From NCBI GenBank assembly GCA_965202585.1, contig OZ241826.1, forward strand, positions 27,218,001 through 27,282,000: a stretch of DNA of 64,000 bases, read 5' to 3'. This document shows, piece by piece, positions 46,401 to 59,524 of this stretch (positions are counted from its first letter, which is position 1; each line of letters begins with the position of its first letter). The notes beneath the pieces are model-generated. The model was not told where the DNA came from and ran no database searches. It saw only the letters and a program-made list of their open reading frames with translations. Source of the DNA: Thalia democratica (taxonomy: Eukaryota). Position numbers and translations under genes: made by a program.

Positions 46401-49400
46401 GTTGGTTTATTATCTGAACCTTTGTTTCAGTTGAGCATTAGTAATCATACATTGTTAATTACAAATACCAAACAAACGTACTATTTGTTTGTCTAAAAAA
46501 ATTACTTTTTCAGAGAATATCAAACAGATAAATATTGTAAATACTTTTATGTCCTTTTATGTGCTTAGCAATGTGCTCTTAGGTGAGATATTTTAATTTG
46601 TTGTTGAACAATTGTATCAAATTGATACACCTTTAATCAAAAAAGAAAGTTTCATTTAACTTGCAAGTTATCGGTAAAGGAGTGACGAATTCAGTTTTAA
46701 AACAAATAGTTTTAAACTGACGATGTCGCTTAAGATAAGAGATGGAAATTCTATAACAAAAACAGGCAGAAGACTAGATTATTGTAGTTTGATTTAAAAC
46801 ATTATACAGTAGAACACAATAATTTTGCCCACTGGATTTTTTTCTTATGAATTAATTTACATTGATATTAATCTCAAGCTCGATGGTTACCTTGGGTTAA
46901 AGTCTTAATAAAGTCACTGGGTTTTTTGTCAAATAGAGCTAAATCTTATGGTCAAAATAAAAACCCCAAAGTTACTGAAATTATCGTAAATTGGTGTTAA
47001 CTCTACATTTATTAAGATAGAGATTGCAGATGTAACAAGCAGAACATACTTCTTTGCGAATCAAAAAGTAATCTTGACGTTTAAACCAGTACTTTAGCAA
47101 TCGCGAAAAAGCTCAATGACACCAGAACAAAATAGTTTTGTTGTCTACAAGTCAAAATGCTACTAAAAGTTATTGACATTGGGCAAACTTACAAAACCTA
47201 AAAAAAAGAATAAAAAAATATGTACTAAAGTGTATAACTTTGTACATCAATAAGAAAAAAAAAAACAAATCGAGTATAGCAGTTAAATATGCATTAAAAA
47301 AGTCTGCCATAGTTGATTACTTTGTAAACAGCCTTAATTGCGGAAATGGTTTTTAGATTTATATTTTAGAGTTATGAGACAATATTAAACTCGTTAGATT
47401 CGAAACCGCGTTAAACTTTAACACATTTTAACCAGCCTAAATACTATAAAAAAAAAGAAATTTTATACACTGTAGCCTTATTTATTTAATATAATTTTGT
47501 ATTTTTTACTTTTTTGGTTACATTTTATTAATATACTGCTTATTGAGCATTTAAATGAATATCAACCCTACGGCTCAAACACATTAAGAGAAAACAAATA
47601 TAAGTGGATATTAAAACGAATGTTTTCGGCGTGCCTACGCTTAAGCAACCAAGATTTATAAAACTCAATGTCATAAATAAGTCAAATGAAATAGAAATCA
47701 AACAAAAACAGTTCTATTTTATAGTTAAGTATGTGTAGGTTTCTTAAATACCTAAGAGACTAATTATATAAGAATAATACACTTTTACCAAATTAGTTTA
47801 TGTTTAGTTATTTGTTTTATTTCAATATATAATTAGTGTAGGTTTGAAAAGTTAAACTCTTCTTAAAAATAAAACAGTTTTTTAACTTTTGTCTGATTAA
47901 ACTCGATATTTAAAAACAATTTAAATCTGTTTTTAAAAAGTGAGTTCAACTAACAAGTGAGCTAATTCATGAGCCATCATTTGTGCCATACTTGTATATG
48001 ACTTCTTTCTTGAAGCAACCCCAACTATCGCAGCTGAAAAATTTGAACCGATATTTTCATATCCGCTTGCTAGTCCTGTGTTTTTTTAACACAGTTGAAT
48101 ACTAATTACATTTAAAACAAAAGGTTAGTTAAGTATAATCGAAAGGATTCAAACATAATAAGTAGTTTTAGTCTGTAAACATATGTTAAAAATTTACCTT
48201 ATAATTATTACAAAAAAAAATTATTTGCCTATTTATTTTAAATAAACTTAGTTGTTATATATATAAAAACAAATTAGATAGATTAAGAAAAGTACCCATT
48301 TGAGGAATTAAGCCAGTCAAGAAGAATGTAACATGTTGTTTTCTGTTCCATTTTTTGTGCGATTCTAAATATTTTTTTAAACCAGTATGAAGCAGATAGT
48401 CCCTTTTTCTTTCTTCTTCCTTACTTGGAGAGCTTCGCAGCTTAAGTTCTGCGCGCGACAGCAAAGTTGGGTGTTCATAATTAATTTCTTCCGACTGTTT
48501 TGTTCGTTCAAATTAATTTGCAAAGTATGTTGTATAGAATTTCATATAACTTGAAAACATTTTTTAAAAATTACCATTTAGTTTAAACAAACATATACTA
48601 TCAAACTATTAATTTTTTAAAGTTGTTATGAAAATAATCAATAATGAAAGTATGAAATATAGTTGAAAAACACTTAATTTACCTCCTTTTCGCTAAGAAG
48701 TGAATAATCATAGAATATAACTTTAAAAGGACGTTCAAACTTTTGAAAGTAATAATCCATCTGTTTATAGATTTAAACCTTATTAATTGAACGATTTTTT
48801 GTAGTAAAACAAAGTGCTTTTTTTTTCTAATAATTAATTTAAACACAAAAAGACAGCTTTTAAATCATTTCTTTTATTTCTTAGTATATACTGTTTAATA
48901 TATATTAAAAAATAGACTGTTAAACCTAAATCATCAAATAAAACGATTGATACTTTTTCTCTGTTATTCTAACTTGTTATGCATCACTTTTTATTTATGA
49001 AAGTTATTTATAACCAAGAATTTTTACTTGTTGCGTTTTAAAGTCGAAATAACATGAAAGAAAACTGTTTTTTTTTAATTAAACTTTTTAAAAATCTTGA
49101 AATGATAGTACTAGTAAATTTTTTTTTTAAAGTTCGTTCGTTGACGAAAGTTATCAACAAACGTTTATAAATAAAAATATCAAAGTTGTTTTTTCGTCTA
49201 AAAGCAAAAACTTTATTGAAAACGTAATTAACTATTTCATGAATACAAACCAGAAATGTAAAACTTTATTTTTTGTTACACCAAGATTATAAATAAAAAT
49301 AAAGAAAAAAAATCAATAAGCATAACATAAATATCTATTCTATTCTATTTTTGAAGTAAAAAAATAATTTGTAAAGGCAAATTTATGTATTGATATCTAG

Positions 49401-51546
49401 AACCTGTCCATGAACGGCAAACAACCATTTTCTCATATCTCGAAATGATTTAAAAGTTTGTTGAGCCTTGTAATCTACATAATATTTAACGTATAAAGTC
49501 TTAGTTTTAAGGTTCGGATGCTTTTTAAAGTAGTCTGCTGCAATGTTTAATTCTGAGTCTTTTATCGACGAGTAGGTGTCTGTTTGTGATTATTTAAAAA
49601 AAATTCCTTTAGTTATGTTTTAGTGTCGAAGGTAACAAAAGTATAAAACTAGCTATGATAAACATTTTCATTACTTACAGTAACATACAAAATTACGATT
49701 GGTTAAGAACACTTTTTTTTAGTTTTAATTTAGTTTAAACGGAAAACAAGCAAAAACATATTTAGCATTAGAAAAAAAAAAGATATTTGTACGACTATCA
49801 TAAGTTATATAAACAATTTACCTCTTTTTTTTCTTTTTTGTGTTAGTTTGTAAATAACTCCATTGTTCAAAGTGATTTTCTAAACAATGTTTAGTATCTT
49901 TAGCTTCTATACTTTATGTTAAACTAAAGGTTACAATTTGAAATGTTTATTAAAAATTAAAGGATTAGTATTGATAAATTTTATAGTTTTCGAATAAATA
50001 ACTCCGATAAATAAGTTTATAAGTACTTTACGTACAATTAACTAGATAATTGCCTTTGTTTCAAAATAATCAGCCAGTAATATATTGTGTATATTTTTAG
50101 CAATTTTTGTGTAATTCTTTAAACAGTTTATCAATATTTATCAATATTTATCATTAAGATGTAGTTTTTCTTTTATATTGAGTATATATATAATGAACTT
50201 TTTTACCACTTCAGGGCATAGTTCAATATCAGCAGTTGTTGAGGAATCATAAACACCAGTCCCTTTATAGATACAAGTATCATTTCTATTCTTTTGTACT
50301 TTTACTTTTAGCACAAACGGCAATGAATCAGTAGCTCTCACAAAAAGATGAAATTCATTTACCTGAGTTTTGTAACAACTAATTGAACTTATTGTAAATT
50401 TGTTTCAATAAATAAAACTAGTTACATATGTTTTGCGTAAACTAGTTATAAAAGTTTATGCACTAAAGAAAAAGCAAAACTAGATATTAAAAGAAAATCT
50501 TAGGATAACAATTTCGATAATTTTAGAGTAAAAGGGAATAAAAATTGTTTAACTGCTATCATTATAGCATTATTGATGTTTCACAAAATAAAGTGTAAAG
50601 GTTAAAAAAAAACTAGTTCTTCTTGTATGGCTAATTATGTAGTCTTATTTTTAATCGTCAATTTACTTTCCAAAAAAAATAAATACTTACGTTAAAAACA
50701 AAAAGGTTAAAAAAAAATTTGTTTGAATAATAAACTTGAAATTTTGATCAACAATAAACTTACGGTCAATCTCACATCATACTTTTCTTCTAAGAAATCC
50801 TCTGTAGACTTCAATGGATTTTGTAAGTCATTGCTTATAGGGTAACCGTTAAACTCAGACACATATATTTCAGAAATTTCCTTATGCTCTATAGGAGCAC
50901 TACTAGTAACCTGTTAACAATGTTTTAGTAAATTTATGTTATTTGATAATTTATTTTAATAAATAAAAGCTTTTAGCATAAAAATCCTGTTACCATAGAA
51001 AAACATAGACTTTAAAAACTTTGCAACTACCTTTATTTGTATATTAATAATTAACTTCTAAGTTCTTCCATATTTTAGAACGATAAAACTTTTAAACTAA
51101 CCAAAAACCAATGCGCTGTTAATAAAGTAACCATAGTTATAAGTTTCATTTTTAAAAGCTTCTGTTTGTTATGAAATATCTGTTAAAATACTATTTGAAA
51201 ATAATATTCGTTATGTAAGCAAAAAAGATATAAAAAGTGAAATGTTAGTATCAAAAAGTTAAAATAAATTATTTAACTTTTATTTTATATTTACAAAAAT
51301 TATATAAATTGTAATTCTCGATTAAATTAGCTAGAAGATTTTTGTTTTCTAAACGGTACTTTAAGTATAAATAAGTTAATTGTTTTTGAAAAGAGCCTCG
51401 AAGTTTTCAAACTAGTTGATTTCTACTTCTCTTCTATTTCATTTTAGGTTTCTTATACTGGAGTTTTACAAAATGCTTACGCTACAAATGTTTTTAAATA
51501 AAATTATTGCAATTTTCAAAGTACCTTCAAACATAATTAACAACAT
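43442..51546 (-). CDS. Secreted M12B (reprolysin/ADAMTS-like) zinc metalloprotease, 12 coding exons, ~511 aa
   Basis: Exons 51546-51481, 50910-50764, 50362-50207, 49879-49822, 49579-49404, 48760-48683, 48494-48296, 48075-47955, 46298-46152, 45797-45653, 44018-43866 and 43531-43442; all introns GT-AG and phase-compatible. Features: hydrophobic leader, prodomain CIYKG..ELC, furin site RKKR, HELAHLIGLHH, Met-turn YIMD, PGQSYSFDDQC and QGTKCGEDSICINNKC. First and last exons are the least certain. Confidence 0.88.
44110..45400. mobile_element. Non-autonomous hAT (Charlie-like) element in intron 10 of the metalloprotease
   Basis: TIRs TAGGGGTAGGCAA / TTGCCCACCCCTA; subterminal CCGGCCCG and GGATCCGG repeats; flanks TTTTAAAA / TTTTAATT (6/8 TSD match). 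Confidence 0.8.
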
Positions 51547-51799
51547 TTGTGTTGTAAAATTAACGAAATATGCAGCTTCATAAATTTGATAAGTATTGGA
51601 AATGTTCGGGTTAGTATTTTAACTTGTAGTGATTTATACAGCTTTACTGCTTTTTCTATTGATTTTAAATATAAATTTTTTTGTAAACTATAAAATGTTG
51701 GAGTTAAATGATATTTTTCATACTCTCAAATGTTTTTTTAAGGTTTTGTGATGTTAGTTCATAAAAAAAGTTACAGTAATTTTTCAAATAAAGTAAACA

Positions 51800-54700
51800 G
51801 TTATTATTTTAGATCTAGAACAACAATATGAAAAAAACAAATGATCACTGGTTTCTTTTAAAACATTTTGCTCTAATCATAACAAAAAATAGGCTATTTC
51901 AAATTAGTTGATATCTTATAACTTCTTGTTTAGCACGCTTTGGTTAATTATCTGCAGTACATCATTAAATAATAATGAAGACAGTGTGTTAAATTAAAAA
52001 TAATAATAATAATAATTTTAATGAAAATTATTTATTTCTATAGAATATATTAGCATTACAAAAACTTTAATTTTGAACATGTTTTACAAATTATTAAGCG
52101 TTTGTGTTAGATTATAAAAATTACATTTGAACTTGTTACAAAACTAGTAGAACTGATTAAAATATTTTATTCAAACCCAAAAAATAATTAATTTAACTAA
52201 AACTAAAATACTGGTGCTTCATTACCTAAGATACTTGAAATTAAAAACATTCTTGCTTAACTTGTAAAACAAAACTTAAACAAAAAATTTAAATGTAATT
52301 TTAATAACAATTTACTAATACATAAAAAATAGTTTGACTGTTTTTAATAACTGTATTAATTTTCGCTAACTTGAACTAATATCTTATTGCTGTTAAACTA
52401 TTAGAGTTCTAAACTTGTTCATCTTTAAAAAGTTTTACTAACAGGGCGAACTTTAACATTATTAATATTAAAGTAGTTGTTAGTAAGTATACTAATTAAT
52501 TTTTAGATTATTCTTGTTAAGTAAAACTTTAACAAGGTTTTATTATTCATTTAAATGAATTTAATCTATGAACCAATTTTGATTAGATAAACCCCAGTAA
52601 GATGTTTAAACTGCTTATCTTCATATAGAGTGTTTTATAAAGTACTTTTAATTTTAAAGCTTCCTGTTGCTTAAAAGTGAATTTCTATGAAAACTCTTTT
52701 AAAAACTATATCAAGAATATAACTGTAAGCATAAAAGCTTAACTTACTCTAATAAAGAAAAGTATTTAGAGATATCACAATGTTTTATTCTAAAACATGT
52801 TTAAGAAGTTTACTTACAAGCATTTTGGTCTTAAATATGAATAACTTACATTAAAATAAACTATTTTTTTATAGTCAAAGCTATGCTTAATATAGATAAA
52901 TTCCAGTAAAGCAAAAGGTCCTATTTCACAAGCTTTCGGTGTTATAAAATTTTTATTAAAATATATTTTTTGTAGCTTTTATTATGTAACGAACAACTAT
53001 TTTGAATAACTAACTATTAAAATGCAAAAATTACAAAATCATGTTAATTTTTATATAAAATTTTTAAATTTTTTACGTACAAAATTAAGTAAATTATATT
53101 TCTTGATGGATTTAGCTTGAGATAGAAGTGTTTGTGTTTTCCTAAATGACGCTTAAAGTAAAAAACAGTAAATAATTTTTAAACATAGCCTTTACGTTTT
53201 TAAACAAGTTGATTTCCTTTTTTATACTATCTTACTATAAGGTTAAATACAAAATCTTTTAATGCCATATTTTTTTCAGATAAAGTTATTAAAATTCCCA
53301 AAGTTACTTTAGCCATAATTGACAAGATTTATTTTGTAAACACAAGGAAGTTTGCAAATTCATAAAATTAAGAGTGTTGTAAATTTTGGAGAAGAATTAA
53401 AATTTGTGGTTTTTTATACAGTTATACTGTTTTTTCAATTAGTAGTGAACACTAGTTTGTTTTAAAGAAATATAAATTGTTAAAGTTAAACGAGTGCATT
53501 TATACTTTTAAAATTTTATTTTTTATATAGGTTTAGTGATGTGAATTTATGAAAAAGTAAAATTTGGTTGAAAAAAAATCAAAGCTTAATTAATCAGTAA
53601 AAAACTAAATAAAAAAAAATGTTTAATACTTTGTCTGAAAAAATTAACTCGAATCATAACAAAAACATGATATTTCAAATTACTTGGTATTTTAAAACCT
53701 CTTACTTAGCCAGCTTTGATTAATTTTTTACAGTACATCACAAAATGTTAGAAGGCAGCGTGTTAAAATGAAAAATCTACATCAACAATTTTTATGAAGT
53801 TAATTTTTTTCTAAAAAGTTTATTAGCATTGCAAAAACTTAGGTTTTAAATTTTTTCTTAAATTACTATGCATTAGTGTTATATAAAAAAAATTGATAGA
53901 ACTTTTGCAAATTATACGAAAATTCGTTCTTAAAACTAAAAAAAATAAAGATACATATTACTTTAACAAAACTAAAAAATTGCTGCTCTAGTACCTAAGG
54001 TACCCAATATCTCAGATATTCTCGCTTAACTTGTATTGCTATTTGACAAAATAATCTGCTAAGCAAATAGCTTCAACATATTTTTTCTCATAACTTTATC
54101 AAGACTCATTTTGTATTATAAACCAATATAACAGTTATGTTAACAAACAACTATTTTTCATATGTCAGTAAATGCTATTCAATATTTTTTTATTAATTAA
54201 CAACAACAGTCAGCATTAAATTAAATATGTTTTCGGCTTATATATAAAACCATAAGTCAAATCAATCAAACATTTGAGCATTATGAGTATTTTTGTCTTT
54301 AAATAAAGGTAGTTGTCAAAACTAATTTATAAATGTAAAAATTTAAACAAGTATCTATCTTGTATCATTTAAAAAACTGAAAACATATACATTGACTAAG
54401 TAAAACATTCAAAAAAAATAACAACATCTTAGTAATATCTATTATAAAATAACTATATTTCGCGTTTATCTAAAGTTCGATTCTAAAAGAAGCAAAATTT
54501 ACGATCAACTTTATAAGAAAAACGTAATATTGAACTAACTAAACTACTTATAAACAAAGTAAGTTTTTACTAAAAAATAAAAATAATCTTAATAAAAAGA
54601 ATGCTCGTACATAGTTTATACAGTTCAATAAAATAACATTTGAAGATATAACTACTTCAATCTCTTTTCTTTGTTTATGACCAATTTAAGTTTTAGTTAG

Positions 54701-55200
54701 TAAAACATAAAACTTAATTTAACTGTTTTACATAACTGTACCAATTTTCACAAATTTGAACTAAAATAGTTGTAAGTAAGAATGGTAATTAATTTTAAGT
54801 ACATTGTTTATTAAGTAAACTTTAATAAGGTTTTATTATTTATTTAATTGAATTTAATCTGTAAAACAATTTGATTAGATAAAATCAAGTAAGTTAATTT
54901 TTTTCGCTTATCTACATTTAATGTGTTTTATAAAGTAGTTTTTCTTTATAAAATTATTTAAAAAAAAAAATTCTTTATTATCAAAATCAAAAGTTTAATT
55001 GGAAGCACAGCTTGAATCAAATTTAAATAAAAGTTTGACAAATACTTGAAACTTTATGACTAATTTTGTCTTTACATGAAGTTACTTGTCAACTACTAAA
55101 TACTTAAAATATATAATAGATAAATAAACTCTATAAAAAGACCTATCTTGAGTAGTAAAAATAATAAAATAACCTTTTAAACTGATACATTCATAAAAGT
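51800..55200. repeat. Old tandem duplication upstream of the metalloprotease (~51800-52900 vs ~53600-55200)
   Basis: Shared blocks AATCATAACAAAAA...TATTTCAAATTA, CAGTACATCA, TATTAGCATT(A/G)CAAAAACTT and AAGGTTTTATTATT...TTGATTAGATAAA. Confidence 0.6.
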
Positions 55201-56121
55201 ATTTTAAACGTAGTTTTCGGTGACTTAAGTTTTAACTTAATAACGACCAACTCATTGTACAGCAAATTATTTCGAATGGACTTGTCCAACTTAAAACACA
55301 ACTTACAAGATAAAAAAACATTCGAAGCTGACAAAATTAGTTTACTTTCAGCGCAATTTCACTGTGAATGACCCTGAAAACGTTTATTGTTGAAAAGGAA
55401 AAGGCTTAAACTGCTGTGTTTTTAACTATAAAACGATATGACAAAATTTTTAAATTCTGTGAATAAGCTATATAATGTTGATCAAAGATTAACCTGATAC
55501 ATTTTTTAAAAGACGAGTCGTACACAAATTAACGATTTAAAACAACGCACATTTATATACAATATTTTACTAACAAAGTTAAATTTAAAAAGGCGTGTTG
55601 CTCTTTCGATAATAATACAACCTCTAAACAATGTTAAAACTCATCACGGGTGTTATTTGATAAGACTAATGAGACTAGGCCAACTTGTCAGGTAGAAGAG
55701 AAATATTAAAAACTTGTGCCTGTCTCACGTCATTTGAATGTCCAGACTGAGGCTCTGTCGACCAATATTTTGGAGGCCGATGTATTTGTTAATCGCCATA
55801 ACTATAGAAAGACAGTAGTGAAATTATTTTCACTCAAAACCTAGTAAGTACTAAAACAACTAATTTAATTCGGATGGTGTAAGGATAAACCTGTAAAAGC
55901 GATCGAAAACTTGTTTGTTGCGAAGTAAGATCAATTTTCATCTTTACGAAACGAAATTTTGATTTTAATTAAATATCATGCTCGTTACCATTCTGAATAT
56001 TTATTTGTTTAGAAAACTGTATAAAAGTGTTTAGGACTTTTTGAAAAATTAAAACAATTGTCATTTTTGAATGTTTATACAGACACTTGTTTCTACTAAA
56101 GGAATACAATTTATTTAAAGT

Positions 56122-57818
56122 CTATTGAATGCTAAAAACAACTAAATAAGCCGGAGTCATGCCGATCAGCTCATGCTTGGCTACCAGTCCGGTTTTAAAA
56201 CAGCACCCTCTGGTGTCGGAGTTGGGAAAAACTTCATCGTCCGCGCAGTTGCCGTCGCTCGATACGAAGACAAACGAAAGATTTTCGACTCGTCCGTTCG
56301 TGACGCAGTGGCTTAATCCATTTCCTATTTCACAGTTCAAGAGGGTGGACGCGTGGCAGGAACAGTAACTGACTCCGCACTTGCACTGACCCAACAAATC
56401 CTCAGGGCTCGCAGAGTAGCCTCTCGCCAGAACTTTCGGTACCTCGTGGGACTTGACTCCTCGCAGGTAAAGCAAGCCTCCTCGCGTCTTTTTGCTTCCG
56501 TCGACTAGGTTGATCCTGAAAATATGCAAGATTGCCGCGTTTCGGCTGTTTTTGGTCATATACCCGTGCACAAACTTGTGATCTGGATCTGAAGTTTGCA
56601 GCAGCTCCGCTTTGTACTTGGCGCAACTATTGGTTTCAGAGATGCTGCTCGTTTCAAACAACAGTTGCCGCATGAATGACTTCACTTTTCGTTCAAACTG
56701 ATGCTTCTTAAGTTTAACTTTTACCCCTTGATTGGCGCTTATTTCTTTTTTAAGCTCGGCAACAAAAGCGGTTATGGAGCAGTCTTCAAAGTTAACAGGA
56801 CTGTCTTCAATCAACGCGTCTTTTGGATCTGAGATTGAAGAGTCATACAAAATGTATTTCGCAAGCTCGCGTGCGCTTTGCTTTATTTCGATTTCTATTA
56901 AGTATTCGAGAGTTAATAAATCATGGTGAGCCGCAAATGTTCTTTTTTCGTCACTTAAAACTTGAAACGTTCCCGAGAGAATTTTGTTTCCCTCGCTGTC
57001 GAACTTGCAGGCTGGAAAGTCTTCAAAATCAATTTGTTTTTCGGAATATGAATTTATCACGAAAACCTTTAAAACGGGCTCGTAAATAAGACTGGAGTCA
57101 AGAAACAGGTATGAAGATTTTATAAACAAAGTTGAAGTTGTATTCTTATTGAGCAATTGTTCGTGAGTTTTAACAGACTGGTCATCTTTACACGCTTTAC
57201 AAAGACAACCTGAACTTTCCAGCGTCTTTTTCACTTTGCTTACAAACAAGTATGTCAAGTCTTTGGCGCTACCATCTTTTTCCACAAAGCGATTTCCATA
57301 ACAATGAGCAATTTCAAAGCTGTTCGTCAAATAAATACCGGGGCCATGTTTTCCTGACGAAGAAGGCCTCAGTCCTTCTCTCAAAATTCCTTCGATGTTG
57401 CTTCCTTTGGTGCCGTGCAGAAGCAGCAAGCCTGTACATCTGCAACGTTCCACATTTGATTTGACCCTGTAAATCCTAAGAGCGACGTTTTTGTTCGAGT
57501 ACTTTTTCAATTGGTTCGTTTCACCGCTCAAATCTAGCGATCTTTTCAACAGATCGTAATCCGGATCGTCGCTTTTCAATAGTTGAAGCTCGTGTTTGGA
57601 ATCCTTAGAAAGAGATTTTTGAAAGCTGAATTTTCACATTTAAACAATTTCACAGCTTCTTTCACCAAACATTCTTTTTTTGCTTCAAATCGTTCCACCA
57701 TTTTTTCGATTTCACTTTTCGTCTTTTGCTTTTCTTTTTCACATAGGCGACGCAAGTATTTCTGAGGACCAGGAAACTGCGAAATTGTCTGATCTAAATA
57801 TTGTTCGTTTGAATATAT
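56122..57818 (-). pseudogene. Tandem-ART gene copy 4 (subfamily B): start ATG changed to ATA (57818-57816) and 1-nt deletion in the poly-A run (T5 at 57616-57620)
   Basis: Aligns end to end with copy 3. The 485 downstream codons remain open, with only in-frame indels. Confidence 0.85.
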
Positions 57819-58720
57819 GATGTATTTACTGTACAGTCTGTATAGAAAGTCTAAATTTAAGAAACTAATCTTTTTTTTTCTTAAATTAAATAATTAAGTT
57901 AATTAAATGTAGTCAAAGTAATTTAAATCAGAGTATAATGGTTTATCTCAGATTTCTTAACCAAGTAAGCAGTTAATGTTCAGACAATACTTTCCATGCA
58001 TATTTTATGTCTATTTTTTTCATTGAACAAAGGTTTGGTCTAAGGAGTTAATGTGATAAAAAGCCTATCGGTTATCGAGTCGTACACCATATGCTTTTAC
58101 AATTTTTTCTGAGCAACAAATGTTAATTTTTTTTAACTTAAACTTTTAAACCTTGATAAATAAAAAATAAATATAATAAAAAAAAGAAAGGAAAGTTAAG
58201 TTAGTTATGCGTTCACTTAAAATATTTTTATTCACAATGTACTTAAAAACTTATCTAAGAACATAAAACTTAAATACAGTCTAAGCCTAAACCTCAAAAA
58301 AATTAGTAAAGAATATTTAGAACATTACAATTTAAATATTAAGCTAAAATAGATTGATAAAACGAAATAAACAATACTTATACCAAACATTGAAATAATT
58401 AGAAAAGTGGTCACAACTTATTTATAAATGATAAATTATGATAAGCTTAAAGATTTTTAGGTTGAGTGTTATTAGTATATTTTTGCTAGAAATTACCTTT
58501 CTTTTTTTAACTTGATAATTAGATTAAATCACTTAAAATAGTTTATATTTGTCTTGTCCTGGACAAGACGTTAAAAGGTATTCGTGGATTACGATTCGAT
58601 GACCGAAAGGTTTTTTGTGCACCAAATCCTAGGACCAAATATCTTAAGCGGTTTATATGTTATTTAATAAACAAGTATATCTAAATAAAAAAAACCTATA
58701 TAACTTTTTAAAGAAGTTAA

Positions 58721-59524
58721 TTCATATATATAAAGTTTGTTGTACAACAATTAATAGCGCTCATATTGTTTGGTCCTAAGACCTAGTGCACAAAATACTT
58801 ACTTGCTTCATAAACTAAATTTAACTTTTGTAGATTTAAAAAAAAATTAAATACTGTAGCATCAGACACTACGCATTTAAGAAGAAATAAAAATCCTTCG
58901 GTTAAAAATACTTTTTAAGCCTAAAAATGTATTAAAAATAAGCAAAAAAATATTTGAAGACATATAAAGAAAAAGTATATACTTTTATGTTTTCTTAGAA
59001 GATAGACTAACTTATTATAAGTTTACTTAACAGTAATCTCAGCTTACAGTTTATTTGTATAAATAAGTTACTGTTAGAAGGTACATCTACAACTTAGTAA
59101 CCTCTATCACAAAGTTTTTACATGGGAATACTGGAAAATAAATAAATAAAAGTTTCTTAACTTTCGAAGTTATTTCAAAGTAGTATTCCTAAAAAAATAT
59201 GTAAAGAATAGCCGGATAGCAAATATTGCAAATAAGAATGAATTACTGTTATTGTAATCAAACAAATCAGGTTTTTATTGATAGTTTCATAGTGTTAAAT
59301 GACAAACTTTAATTCCTTAAACACAAGTAGATAAACGAGTAGCAATGATCACTTATGATCTAGTAACCTACAAGGAGTTGTATGTATCGTTGTAGTGTGT
59401 TTTATACCCACATAAGGTTTCCACTCGTTTTTACCTAACAGGGTTGCCACAGATCAAATTAAGAAAATTTTCTTGACAATTACTTTTCTAAATTAAATTC
59501 TTAATTTAAACTTATTCTAAAATA
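58721..59524. other. ~0.8-kb insertion present in block B but not in block A
   Basis: Homology to 24335-24360 is interrupted between AAGAAGTTAA (58711-58720) and CATAATATAA (~59525). Its left part contains an inverted echo (TTTGGTCCTAAGACCTAGTGCACAAAA) of 58605-58650. Confidence 0.65.

Noticed and set aside
35900-57820. RIP-like CpA-to-TpA hypermutation (LTR CA to TA, env probable CAA to TAA, ATG to ATA)
   Set aside because: Only a few anecdotal changes; spot dinucleotide counts did not show clear TpA excess. A full substitution spectrum between paralogues would be required.
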